From Phoronis australis (Eukaryota; Animalia; Phoronida), in assembly GCA_002633005.1 (NCBI GenBank), contig NMRA01000311.1, positions 395,874-459,873 of the forward strand: 64,000 nucleotides of DNA. The letters run 5' to 3'. The position numbers and the translations under genes were made by a program. The notes below the pieces were generated by a model. The model was not told the DNA's origin. It saw nothing but the letters and a program-made list of their open reading frames with translations, and ran no database searches. Below are positions 27,929 to 42,000 of this stretch, one piece after another; position 1 is the stretch's first letter, and each line of letters opens with the position of its first letter.

Positions 27929-28390
27929 CTAAGTCGTTGCGGCTATCGTTGAGAATGTGAAGAAATTATTGACAAGGCAATGATTATTGCCGGTATTCGA
28001 GAAACTGCGGCAAATTTTAAGTTCAAGCACATTCTTACTTAGCAAGCCATAAGATTATTATACATATCGATGATATAAATATGAACACTGTGTTAAATTC
28101 TAAAGAGCAGTAATTATCGACATCATAAATGTTTAATTGTTGTAACGAAAAAGCCAAATTATTTTTGTAAAACCATTTAGCCTGTTACACGTTCTATGTA
28201 CCTGACATGTGTTCTTTATCACAAAGCACTAAGTAGTCAGTATGCAGTTGCCAAAATAGCAAGTTGTATGAGTGCTCTGCTTTTGTTTTGATGTGAGAAT
28301 GAAGTCAATTATATTTATTCATTCATATACTTGTATTTTTAAAAGTTTCACATTCTCATAAATCTATGCAATCCTATAAAACATCGAGCA

Positions 28391-28396
28391 AATAAA
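28391..28396 (+). promoter_or_regulatory. Candidate polyadenylation signal of the aGPCR
   Basis: AATAAA about 460 nt after the stop codon, in AT-rich UTR-like sequence. Confidence 0.45.
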
Positions 28397-29112
28397 CACA
28401 AGATTCATTTCACAGCCAAACAAAACTGGAAACATTTCTATGTGACATGATTACAGATTAGATTTGGCTACAAAGTTGTCTGTAATGTTCGTTAAGTTAA
28501 CTGCAGATTGGCCACACATTACCGTTGTCATATTTACAACCACACGGACAGAATATCCCTATGTATAACCTCATGGGCAGTCTGCGCATTAAACCGAATA
28601 TTAACAAAACTATAGAATTGATCTCTGTTCACTTTGAAACGCATAAATTTGATTTTTGAAGTAAAACAAATCATGCCATTAACTGGGTCAGGTGACTAGT
28701 GTTATTTTTGAAAATTGTAGCAGCCTGGACAAACCTGGGTTCCGTCCAAGAAGCGAGCTAGCATTTGACTTTGACCTCTTCCGGCCAAAAGCTGGTTTTA
28801 AAATATCCCTTACTCATATTGAAAGTGCTCTCTGACTTTGCAAAGAAGTGACTCAATGCGCGTTATTCCTTGAGGTCATACTCAACACATGAAATGAGAC
28901 GCTAACTTATGGAGCCTGGTCTTCAGGGAAAACGAACCGTTATCTGTCCGTTCGAAGTCTTGCATTAAATCACTTCAAACTAAAGTAACAAAGAATTTGA
29001 GAACAATTTCATAATGGTAAGTGGTCTAAATCAAAATATGGACTTCGATATGGAATGCGCTGATGTTTATTATCACTCGGCTTTAAAGCAAACAGATTGG
29101 TAGGCCTACATT

Positions 29113-29388
29113 CATGGGCGCACCCAGGGGAGGGGGGGGGGGGGCTCGAGAGGCTCGAACGAACCCCATAATTTGGCGAATTGGGAAAAAAGGTCCGCCT
29201 CAATGAAACAAAAAGTTTGAGCAAACGAGACAAAAGTCCGCGAAATCCACATAAATTTGGCGCGGATGCAGAATTCGAAGGCCTGAACATAGTGGCACCG
29301 TTGTTTTTAGTCCTCGTTGATATTCATCGGTAGGTCCGCGTACCGAAAAATTCGAGCCCCCCTATATTTTAGGCTGGGTTTGCGCATG
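29113..29388. mobile_element. CATG-terminated MITE (same family as 16286 and 42476, opposite orientation)
   Basis: CATGGGCGCACCCAG ... CTGGGTTTGCGCATG with a poly-G tract and the shared subterminal ttcgagcccccctatattttaggctggg; flanks tacatt/tatatt (imperfect TSD). Confidence 0.75.
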
Positions 29389-31779
29389 TATATTCATGAT
29401 AACAAAACTGCAGTATCCAAAACATACCCGAATTTTTTTGGTTTCTTGAATATTCCAAGACACATTATTCAAAATATAATTTCGCTTCGGTTGATGCAAC
29501 TTCTGAAACTTACAACAGAAGTCCAACGTCCTGTTTTTATTAGCACCTTGTGTAAAGTGGAATATTTCGAGTCAACCCCATATCCCAACCGTTGAGGAAC
29601 GAATTCATGATAGCTGAAATTCACACTTGAAACTGATGCACCCATTTTTGCGAAACAATGTTCCGAAGCGAGCTAAATTTTGTTCATTTAGGGTTATTAC
29701 ATATAAATATTCAGAATTTGTTACCCATCTAGGTCAGGTTGCTTTCGCTGGAAAACAACCCAAACGCACGACTACATCACAGTTCTCGTGCATCACTATA
29801 ATCTTAAAATTAAAATTCTTCCACCGGATGTATGAAACATGATTGATAATTCAGCCTAAAACGTCTTCGTTACGACAGAAGTATCAGTCCACTTGAAACT
29901 GAGAAATAACCTGGGATTGAATTGGAGCGGTCAAATTTCGGAAGCCAGCTCCTCGGCGTGTACTCGAAACTGTGAGTAATTTTTGAAAATGACAATTGCG
30001 CCCTCTTATGGGTATTTAGGATCAGGGCGAAAAATGTGTACAAATTTGACTAACTTCGGAACACCATAATTCATAAATAGCTGGTCGGATTAATAGGACT
30101 GTTGCTACAGTGTATACCCTGAAACCGAAGTCTAGTCAGCACGCCACCTGTGGCCACTAGTAACTAAGAAATGTTTGCGATACACATTTCCACTCCTGTT
30201 AAAGATTTCATATTCCCTGAAATTCTGTTAAAGATTGTTTTTAGATGTACTACTTTTTTGAGACGCTGTCAAACATAGACATTTTCATGGAAAATCTTCA
30301 AAGTTGCATAAAACGAAATATTTCGGAAAACGTTAACACCCCGATTTTGAGATCTCACCTAGAAAATATACATGTTTTTCAAATAAAGTGATCAGGTTAT
30401 CTATACCGTTGATTATTTGGCTATCAATGTACCCACCACCACGGGTGGTTAGCGCGGAAGAAATCATCACCAACATTTCTAACAGATACTGCATGGAATA
30501 GAAAACAGTAGACGCACAGGCAGTTAATTAATTTGGAATACGAAAGAAAACACTAACTTCGACTTTCATACAATTCAAAACACTGTTTCTCAATTTCTAA
30601 CGTTATCATGAATACGCGACATTTTACCCTATTCATACATATGAGTTGGGGATTTATGGTGGCACCGGTGCATTACCGATCGCTACACACAATAGTTAAC
30701 ACTAGTTCAGATTTGTTACTGACATGTCCAAAACACTGGCTAGAAATTTTAACCATGAAAAAAAACAATTGAGTGGAGTTTCGCTGTTCATAAAATTTGA
30801 AATTGTACTCGCTTTCTTGACCGGGTCAGCTCTAAAGATTTCTTTTTATCGCGCCTTTAGCTTCACGCCATACAACTCGACCGATCCCGATCCATCTCTG
30901 AAGTTTCAAATTTCATGCATGCACAGCAGATCGTTTGCAGTGCGGCCGAAACAACCTGGGTAGAACGACAGCGATTCTGAGCATGGCACACGGCTTCAAC
31001 TGTTCAGACGACGACATGGAATACGGAATCGGCGTATCGATCACGTGTGGATGAGAAACGACTCATTTTCAAATTTACTTTACATAATTGTTCATTCTTT
31101 TTCACGTTCAAACTGATGATCATATTCGTTTTGTCACTAGCCGACAATGCATGGATACGCCTAAAAAATAATTGATACCGCTCCCATTGTGAATCATCTT
31201 CGGTTCACGGCATTTGTTCACATATCGACAAAACGTTCAAGTCCAACACAAAATAGGTGTCATTGAGAAATCACGTTTTTTTAAAGAACGTATTGTAACT
31301 TGTTTTCAATGTCAGCCAAAAGCCCAGTGTGCCTCGGCAACGAAAACCAGACTTTCTTAAAGATCATTCCCATATCCAGACTTCAGTGCAGGATAAGGTA
31401 AGTGCAAAAATCAGTTAGTACGTTTTTCTCTTCGGCAGGTGATGAAAATAGGAATTTTTTGGACGAACAATCGAGGTTTCAGTGCCTTTCCTAATGTATA
31501 TCATGCCGACTTGTTGTTCAGGTTTGGAAAGATTCAGTTCACCAATGTATACAACAATGAAAAGGAAATAGTCGGAAGTTCGCCAAATTCAGTCCACTAC
31601 AAAAATTTTGTGCCACACGATTTGACCTGGTATTATTTTTTGTATTGGAACTAATCTCAAACGCCAAAAGTGAAGATTTTACCGTAGATGCACATGTAAT
31701 GTCACAAAAGGTGGCTCGTTTGCGAAGACATTTATAAAAAATAAAAACAAAGAAAGTCTATTTTACACTATATTAATGC

Positions 31780-32000
31780 ACAAGTTTCAAACATACAGTC
31801 AGTGTTCATACATAGTGTCAGTGCCGAAATGGCATAGAGCAAGTGTTTAAATTTTCTGTCAGTGCTCAAATATACATTCAGTGATGAAACATAAAGTCAG
31901 TGTTCAAATACACTGATGCAGTCTGTGTTCAAACATCATTAAGTGTTCAAACTATTGTCGGTGTTCAAACATACAGTCAGTGTTGAAGCCGTTCAAATAT
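31780..32000. repeat. Degenerate tandem repeat of cagtcagtgttcaaa-like units
   Basis: About 10 imperfect copies of (a/c)gtgttcaaa/cagtcagtg. Confidence 0.6.
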
Positions 32001-33071
32001 GCCATTAGGGTTCAAACTCTGCAACATTGTGAAAGTGGAAATCATAGGCAGGAAAACTAAAATGAAAATGTAGTTTTCAAAAAAGTTAACACTATATCTT
32101 CCAGTCAAACTTTTAAGGTTGCTAGTACCTTCACCACAAGTTTGTATATTTAATTGCCAGATATCTACAAAACTACAGATTTCAACTCTGTCAGTAAAAG
32201 CATATATTCTCTGACAATAGAAATCCTGTAGAACTTGATTTTTTTCTTGCTTTTTATGAATAAATAGCAAGAAAGAATAATACATTCAAAGCAGGACAAC
32301 AGGTCAACATGGCCAAGTTTTGGATAATATAAGAAGAAAACGCTTTTACACAGTTTTCAAAATTATTGTTTTGTTTATGTTCTATGCAACTTTAAAAATT
32401 TTACTAAAAATACAGTTTTATTTTTTGATTGACCCTCATGCAAAAGTGGAACAATTTAAAAACAATTCCGAAGAGAGTTATAAAGAACAGTATATAAACC
32501 ATTGTATCTGAAAGTTTCATGCAAATCCAATCAGCCATTTCTGAGAGCTTCCAAAGATAGTTAAATTTCCACATTTTTCTAAGGTTACACTTAACCTTAA
32601 ATAATGTACTGATATTTTTCATCTGATTTATTCTGAGTTTTCATCATGACTGCCAGACGCTCTTCATTGAAATTCAACAACTTTTTCAGAAAACTACTGC
32701 ATGTATGAACACAATGTTTTGGTGACTGAAACTTGGACAACAGTACCACATATATTTTTTTAAACACATTTTCAGAAATCTGTTTTTCTATATACAATTC
32801 AAATAGAAAAAGGTGATATTTACAATGCATTCAAGACCATGCCCGGTTGGATAAAACTTATGCACTGAATAACTTTGATTATAACAATCATGGCAACAAG
32901 AACATTGTTTGACAAAAGAAAAGTGACATGTGATAGCGCTATGTGATTGCTATTATCCAATGAATAACTTTTATGCAACATGGCCGAGATGTTTTCAACA
33001 AAACAAATTGTTAATAATACATTTGTCAATTTTGGCAGTTCCCAAGAGGATGGATGCAAAGACAAACACAG

Positions 33072-36000
33072 TTATGTGGATCGTCTTCGTATGGTATACT
33101 TTCCTTTTTGTAACGCTGACACGTAAATACGGATACGACTTCCATCAGATGTCCTCTTTACCCACACCTGAACGAAACCAAAACGCAGTTCAATACACAA
33201 AGTCTGCATTACAAGGGAGGAAAAAGATAACCAAACAGCAGTCAGGTCAAAATGTTTTGCCAAACAATTAAGTATATAATGAGAGCTGTTTAGGTAATCT
33301 GACTATTACCTTGGGACATCCTGTTTCACACAGTGGCAAGTGTCGAATGTTTAGTGTTGTGATTTACTTTTACAACGGTCATAAAAATCAAGTCATAAAA
33401 TAAGACTCTATGTTTACTATAGTTACACATTGATTGTAATGGAATGAGTCAAGTTTTTGGCTTCTCTTGATGAATTGCAAAATATCTTACTTTAAAGACC
33501 GACAAAAGCAGCAATCAATATGATGGCAAACTGTCTTGTTTGGGGCAATTAAAATCAGTCAGATAAACTCTCTATTATAGTGTTAGGTACACAAGCTTTG
33601 TCAGTCTATTATTAGGACTCCGCGGAGGAGTAGACTGGAACTACTCAACAAAGGAGCAGCAGTGTATGAGTTTCTCTTCCATTTTCTGTAGTTAATCGAT
33701 TCTGGGCATTCAAAGACTGAAGCAGCTCAACTTTTTACAGACCGTAGTGCCAAAAATGGCCACCGCAATAATTTTTCTATAGCTGCCTACAGTACTATGA
33801 CCAGCACTCACATCTGCTGCCCAATACCCAAAGAAAAGGAGACTGTTATAAAAGTCCAAGAGCTGTTGTAACTGGCTATTCAAATCCCATCCAGTAATAA
33901 CATTCCATGGCTTAAGCCTCTTAGTTCGATTTCATCAACCAACAAAACTGACAGTCCATAAGAAAGAGGATGGAGCAGGCTATGTAATGCTATTTTGAGA
34001 CAACCTCGAAATTATAAGTCTGTTAATGTGCACCACATCCGTCACCAATCATAGTCATAAAACAAGTTTTAATGAATTTGCATTATGCAGCAATAACCCA
34101 GTGAATTTTCCCCACATGTACCCAAACATTGTCCAGTATCATACTCTTGGTAAGGACGATTTCTCGCTTCATAGCGAGATCTCGTATAGATGCTGCCTCT
34201 CGTTGTCTGCAATTGACAATGTCAAGACTATTGTGACGGCAGCCGAAAGAAAGCAAGGTAAGGTAAATGTCAATTTGTTACTAAATGAGTTCTACATTCA
34301 CTATTCTACACTATTTAGCAATATTTTACAAGCCACAAGTAATGTTAACGTTTCTGGACCTAAATGTCTTGCTCACCAAAATGCCCACGTGGCCGGAGTG
34401 CCCCCGCCATAATTAGGGGATAGGGGGAACCTCTGCTCAATTTTTTAATGTCAACATTTAATGAAATGCCCATGTGGCTGGCGTATACCCGCTGTAACCT
34501 AGGGATAGGGGGAACCCTTCCCCAACTTCAGGTCAACACCATTTAAATGCCCATGTGGCCGGCGTACCTCCACCATTACCTGGGGATAGGGGGAACCCCT
34601 GCCGAGTTTTTAATTCATCATCATGCGCATGTGCCCGGCGTAATCTTGCCATAACCCAGGGATAAGGAGAAAGTACTTGGCTTATAATTTTTGAAAATGG
34701 CTAAAAGTTTTCAGATGCTTTAGCCAATTTGGCTAATACCTTTAAAAGTTTAGCCTGAGCCTAACATTGCATAATGATAGAAACATGTTCAGAAGAGAAA
34801 ATGACAGTGAGTGTGCAGTTGTCTCTGTGCATGAGCAAGAGGACTAGGATAGAGAAATACAGCGTGCTGTTTGAGAACCCTGATACCACTTGCCAATATC
34901 AAGCATGTATCATCTCACCAATTTTGGACACAATAAAGCCGACCAGAGAAATTTTATTTCATAATTTTTTTCTTGAAAGATACATTTATGCAGCATCAAA
35001 TTTTTATGCTTTTTCACATTCAAGTTTCNCCATAACCTGGGGATAGGGGGAACCCCTGCCGAGTTTTTAATTCATCATCATGCGCATGTGCCCGGCGTAA
35101 TCTTGCCATAACCCAGGGATAAGGAGAAAGTATTTGGCTTATAATTTTTGAAAATGGCTAAAAGTTTTCAGATGCTTTAGCCAATTTGGCTAATACCTTT
35201 AAAAGTCTAGCCTGAGCCTAACATTGCATAATGATAGAAACATGTTCAGAAGAGAAAATGACAGTGAGTGTGCAGTTGTCTCTGTGCATGAGCAAGAGGA
35301 CTAGGATAGAGAAATACAGCGTGCTGTTTGAGAACCCTGATACCACTTGCCAATATCAAGCATGTATCATCTCACCAATTTTGGACACAATAAAGCCGAC
35401 CAGAGAAATTTTATTTCATAATTTTTTTCTTGAAAGATACATTTATGCAGCATCAAATTTTTATGCTTTTTCACATTCAAGTTTCGCACCACAGCTAACA
35501 TCAGACAATATTCGAAAAATTTACGAGTATTCACAATCGTGTTAGAAGCAATTGAAAGTCGAAAAAGAGTTGGCAATTATTTTTGTCAGAAATTGTTGAG
35601 ATTTTACATTTGGTACATCATCTTACCTCATGGGTGCCAACCTCACTAACGACTGCGCTGACTTTGCCGGTTTCTTTCGACTCTATGTAAACTGGTTGGC
35701 CCCGTTGAAACCTGCATGAGCACTCCAGTTTAGTACATAACACAACGTCAATGGAACCGGTTAGTATGGAAAAATCACTACCTTTCAGAAGTAGCCAAGA
35801 GAACAAGCGGGTCGGACAAAAATTCTGACTGACATGGCTGCCACAAAAGGGATTATCTGTTTTGGAAGATTACGTGATCAAAACATTCCTATGCTTTGTT
35901 TTAAATGCCCTGATAATGCGCCTGAATATCCCCTAAAAGGGTACTGCGCCTTGAGCTCTCACAGCTGCACTTTTTTCTTTCAATTTTATGTCGCCAACTA

Positions 36001-39000
36001 GACACTAGCTGTTGCACCCAAAGATAACAGCTTAAAACAGTTTTGAATCAAAGAGCTTCAAATCTTTTCTGGAACAGATTGAAGAAGCTACAATGTACAG
36101 CGTGTCTTCCGTCCAAAAAGTGAACAGTTGACAGACAAATTGTTCCTTACTAAGATGAGAAATGATTTCTGGGTTTGGAAAAAATTAACAGTTGGTTATT
36201 CCTTAAGACCATGCTTAGAGCCTCAACAAGCCAACCTGTAAGGCTTGGTCTCAAGCGATAACAAACTTACACTTTTTGAAGCCCTAAATCAACTCCGGTT
36301 TGACTATTTCATAACACTAACCAATGATTTCACATTCTCAGGCATGTACTTGTGAAAGATAGTGATCATACTGTTAAAACAATAACTCACTCAGCCAGTA
36401 GTATCTAGTAGGCCTGACACCATGTTCGGGTGGAGGAAGTATAAACTACAACATGGGACATAAAGAACGCACTGTACAGGATTTGAAATTTTCTAGACTT
36501 GTAACAGACCAACAGTCGATCCTGTGTCTGGTGGCACTACAATTTTCATTCCTTTCGCAAAGAACTGAGAAGAAACTCCACTACGGAACAAGAGAAGAAT
36601 ATCTCATCAAGATGTGGACTCCAATCCACGACCTAGCCAGCATTGTTACTGTAAGCCACTAATCATCTTCACACGTCTAACAATGCTAGCCTGTCACATG
36701 GCCATAAACAATGCTAGCCTGTCACATAGCCATGCACAATGCTAGCCTGTCACATGGCCATGACCAATGCTAGCCAGTCACATGGCCATGCACAGTGCTA
36801 GCCTGTCACATGGCCACGTACAATGCTAGCCTGTCACATGGCCACGTACAATGCTAGCCTGTCAGATGGCCATGCACAATACTAGCCTGTCACATGGCCA
36901 TGCACAATCATTTTGTCATTCTATCATTTCCTTGTCATCTGAAGAAACTGCTTATTTCAGAGATCATTTTGTCTTAATAAAACTGAAATGTTGCTGACAA
37001 AAATATGTACTTGACAAATTTGCACAAAGAAAATCCAAAGTTTTGGATTAAACATTTTTGCCTACTAAGCCTCTCCTAGACCACGAATGAATTTTTTTTA
37101 AGTCATTCTCTTAATTACCTTATGAGCAAAGTGACAATCAACCTATTAACGTTTGTATTTTTTGTCAAGATTTATGCTTTAGTAGATCATGAATAGACTC
37201 TATTCACGCGGCAGACATTAAAATCCAAAGCGAGGCTCACTGCGATAAACAAAGCGAAAGTAGACATTGCGTGAGTTAAATAGCCGGTCTTTCGAGTCCA
37301 ACCTGGATATTGAATTTTAATAATGTGTCAACAATTAAACCACACAGACGTAGAAAATTACATTAGAGAACAAGTTAAGGCGTCAAAGAGTTGTCTGACG
37401 AAAGGGTTTAATTTTTNTTTTCTAGCCGTTCGGGGAACAACACGGACTGAAACACAGACTCCTATGCCGATGAGCTAACAGAGCTATCGTAGCGAGTCTC
37501 GTTTTGGAACGCGCCTCCTGTCGGCGTGAATAGGGTCTATGGGTGAACAACTCCTGAAAATTACCGAAAACAAGATATAGTTCCCCTAACATCAATCACA
37601 ATTTTTCCATGACAAACAAAACCAGACATCAACTGCAGTAACAGCTAATGATAAAACGAGCACTGAACAAAAAAACTTCAAATTATCTCTTACCATCTCT
37701 TCTCATAGTACAACTTGCCATCATCTGTCCTAGCGTCGTAAGGTCCTTCACTGGGATTGGACGGCATGTGGCTAGGCTTCCGGCTGATTGGCTTCCCGCT
37801 CACTTTGTTGATAATTTTCAGGTCTTCATTGATGGCACTGTCATCCAGCAAGAGATTCAGCTGAGGTAGGTAGTGTTAAGGATGTTCAACGTGATTTACA
37901 ATGGAGCATTGTTGTAAGGATGTATTGGGGTGGTGTAAATTAAAACCATAAAATTTAAATCAGCTAAAAACCCCAAGAAGAGAACTTTTGATTAAGACCG
38001 ATTTCCGCAGTAAAATTGGTCTCAAATTGCTCCTAACTCAGATGAGAAGTGATTTCTGGACCAACAAAGAATACACAATTCATTATTTACTGAGACCATG
38101 TTGAATTTTTGTTGAAATTTTAGCTAAATATGCAAAATATGTTTTTACTAAAACACGAAATAAATATAACTTGCTTTACTCTGTGCTGTCTTATTTGATT
38201 CTTAATTTATATGCACTCTATGGTCTTGATCTCCCAGACAACATTCACGTGCTAAGTAGCAACTTGAGTACACATGTCTTTTCAATTCCGGCTGACTATA
38301 GTTAAGTAAACTGACTCGTGAAATGAAAACGAGCCACATTTTATTTTGCAGAGCCATCTGGGAAGGTCTTGTCTTCAAATTTTCCTTAAATATGCAAATA
38401 GGACTATGACAGGGATTACATACACTTACGTGTGACATGCAAGTTGGCAACAGTTTAAACACACAAGATCTCTTAACTTTCTGCAGCTCAATAAAAGGAT
38501 ATCAGGTGAGGCTTTCCGTCGCTTCTCAGGCACAGGCATGGGATCATTAGGACGCCTGCGTAACTTCCGAGTCATCACCTTCAACTCCATACAGTCTGAA
38601 ATACAAAGCATATATCACTACATCCACCATACACTCATTCATATTCTCATCACAGGTTCATCACATGTCATATCTACTGCTATAAAACAGCCACAAGGAG
38701 TGCAGCTTTGTGAAATGGACAAGCCCTTATTAATTACCTACATTGCCATATATCATTCAGAAACTAATTTAATCATTTTGTTGACTTCCCTATAATGTAT
38801 TTTTATAATTGTTAATAGATATTTATTGACCTATCTTGTCTCCCACTCGCATTGTCTTTGTTGTGATGTCAATAAACAGAAAACGCATAATGCATATTTT
38901 TAGGCCACAACAACAGTAGTCACAACTAATTCCAAAGTATATAAACAAGAAAGTATAATAACAGAGATAATAGCTCAATGTTTTCAAACAATCAATGAAT

Positions 39001-42000
39001 TCATATGCATACCTGTGATAACGGCCACTAATCTGTCTCCAACTACAGAGTCAAGCAATTGAACGAAAATGTTGAGCCAGTTCAATTGTACAATTTCGGC
39101 GACGGCATTAAACTGTTAATTTCAGACATAAAAGCGTTATTTGCCTCCTTTATACACAACGTGTGAACAATAATCAGTCAGCACGACAGGGAATGTTATC
39201 TGTACTAAGTCCTCATGATGGAGAATTCCGTGTCATTTTATCTGCTTATTTTTGGCACACCCTCTACACGTAACACTACCCCCAGTACCTCCAGTGAGTT
39301 CCATACTGTAACGTTCACTCTCAACATGTTTCTTCTTCTCTTCCAAGTCCATTATTAGGTTTTCTTTCAAGTCAATCTTACACTGCTCAAACTCTTTCAC
39401 CGCCATTTTCTTTTCCTGCGTGTATCGCCTCTCGATATGTTCAATCTGAAATGTACACATGTTTGATTTACGAAATTTAGGACACACATTGCACCATCTG
39501 GTGTCATAAACTGAAACTAGGTGACTCCTTCAGGTAGAAGATGCTCGATGTGGTTGTTCAAAGTAATTTGTGAAATTACTGAGCAATCGCCTCTAACCTG
39601 CGCAAGGAACAAATTGAGATCAATTTTATTATCATGGTAAGTGGTCTAAAGCAAAAGGTAGCTTCTTACAGAGGGCAGGTTTGTAACCATTCCAATCATT
39701 AACGATCTCTTTTCAAATGTGTTTGAGGACAAGTTAATTGTAATCGATAGTAAAACATAATCCTTCCGTGTTCTCCACAACAAAAAACTCAAATTCGACT
39801 TGAATTTCAAAACTCATGTACATGTGTTCAAAAGTCAATGTCTATACGTGTACTGTGGGGAGTTTGAAATAAATACATCAAACTGGTACCAAAAGTCCAA
39901 AATGTTCTCATTTGCTTAAGAATGACTAATCTCCCAAAACTTCAGACTTGTTGCACAGGTTTTTAAACTCGACGCAAGTGAGTCAAACTCATCATGGCGA
40001 AATTCAAACTCGACTAAGTGACAAGTCAAAACAAGTTGTGGAGAGAACACTGTGCTCATATATCCACTCATTCACATCATGGCAATGTCAAACCTAGAAC
40101 TCACACTAAACTCTTTCCAAACTTTGCAGTTCCGCAAGCGTTCATTGTAGTTTTGTTCTATCTTCTTCAGCCGTTTCAAATACTCTGGCAGTATTCCGTC
40201 TTTAAGTTGGTTCAGTTGTTTCTTAAATTGGGCGAGTTTGTCCTGGTACATTCTGAACAGAAACAATGTCAAAAGTAAAAATTATTTAATAATTTTATTT
40301 AGTCTTCTTACACGCCATATGTTGGCCACATGACGTGACCTATAGTTAAGTCTCAAACGACTTCTTTAGTTTTTTCCCAACTGGAGCTTGATCAAACTCG
40401 GAACTTTCTGCTAACCGTGGATACTCTCTAGTCCACTTATCTATCAGAACCACGGTAAACGCACTGATTTATAATAGCACAATTACATAGTTACACATAA
40501 CACTTTATGAGCACTTTAATTAAAACATCCATGACAAGTTCTATCCATCCATCAACAATGAGTGATTAATGTATCATGCTTCCAGGCAAGGAAGGAGTAA
40601 TAAACTACAAAAACCAAAAAATATAATCACTTATTACACACACGCACAAACCTTACGTGATAAATTTTGGCTGGATTTTACCTTAATAGACAAAAATACC
40701 AAAAGTGGTTCTGGTCTCTGTTTTTTTTGAAAATCGAGATGGTGGAGTGCTATTTTTGTACCTCAAATTTTCATAAAAGAAAATCTACTCAAGACAAGCA
40801 AAACTGATAGGGAGTTTTTTACTCATCACTTAAAGCAAATCATGGCATTGCTAACCTTATTCATCCTTGTTTGTAAACATGCCTAGCCTTTGTGCAGCTT
40901 TTCAAAAAAAATCTTGTCTGAAATTGTTATGGGCAATCATTCTTGTTTTATTTTTAGATGGTGAGAGCAGGTCTCAAAATGAGTCCAAGTAAAGACCAGA
41001 ACCAACTTTTGCCTTTGCATGGCCTAATATGTATTCAGAGTGAACACTTCAACACAGTGCACTTGTTTGAACTACAAAAAGAAAATAATTGTTTAAGTCT
41101 ACATACTGTTCTTTGATTTCTGTGAACTCCTCTTTTCTTTTAACCACTTCTGTCTCACTAGCATCTTCAGTGTCTGAAAATAGTTTGAATTGTTTACTAC
41201 TCATCTAAGTATCGAAACGAGCCTATTCATAAACTATTAAGCCCCTTGAGCGAATACTCATCACTGCCAACTTGATTTATGAGTTTGAAGTTTTATCATT
41301 TTACACAAGTAGACAGGGCCCTCAATTCCTCGATATTGGGGCCAAACATCGGTTCCATTCTCCTCTGAAAGATATTAAAAATACCATGCGAAATTCTCCT
41401 CATGAGACCAAAAAAATTCCCCTCAAGTGATAGTAAAATTCCAGCCGAGGTCTTTAATTCCTTCCAACTCGAACAAATACTCCCTTAATCAAACGTTTTC
41501 TTTGCACAGTCTTCCATTCAGTTGCCCAAATCGGCAACTGGCCAGGTTCTCCTATTTTTACTGCACCTGTCAGGAGCACATGCAGTGTTAAAAATGGCCA
41601 GTTGTTGCTTTGGGCAACTGAACGAAGTACTGGTCAAAGAAAAAGTTTGATTACAGGAGTGTTTGTGCGAAATAGAAGAAATTAAAAACATTGACGGCCT
41701 CCTAAGGTGTCCCTCTATGTGCAAATGGTACTTATAACAACGTGGCTTTTATGTTTTAATCAGTGTGAGGCATAACTTCCTGAAAAGCTTCAGGCATATG
41801 AAACTCCTATAGGAGCTTCATCATCTCCACTGGAGTCAGCTAGAGACGGTGGTCACTCTGTATTTCCAGGTTAGACAATGACCACCATCTCTAGCTGGGT
41901 CAGTAGAGACAGTGTAGCTCCTATAAGAGCTTCACATATGTCGGAAGCATTTCGTCACATTGACTAAAACATAAAAGTCACGTCGTTATAAATACCATTT

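Noticed and set aside
34069-34206. Possible alternative last exon of SUDS3 (ttgcag|[22 protein letters not shown]...)
   Set aside because: Phase-compatible, but the pyrimidine tract is weak and there is no homology I recognise; the canonical last exon (33167-33072) explains the protein. Only RNA-seq could support it.
34774-35545. Two identical ORFs (MIETCSEEK...) suggesting a duplicated small gene
   Set aside because: They lie in an N-joined duplication, antisense within a SUDS3 intron, and have no recognisable motif.
36681-36908. 28-bp partly palindromic repeats
   Set aside because: No spacers; an intronic minisatellite.
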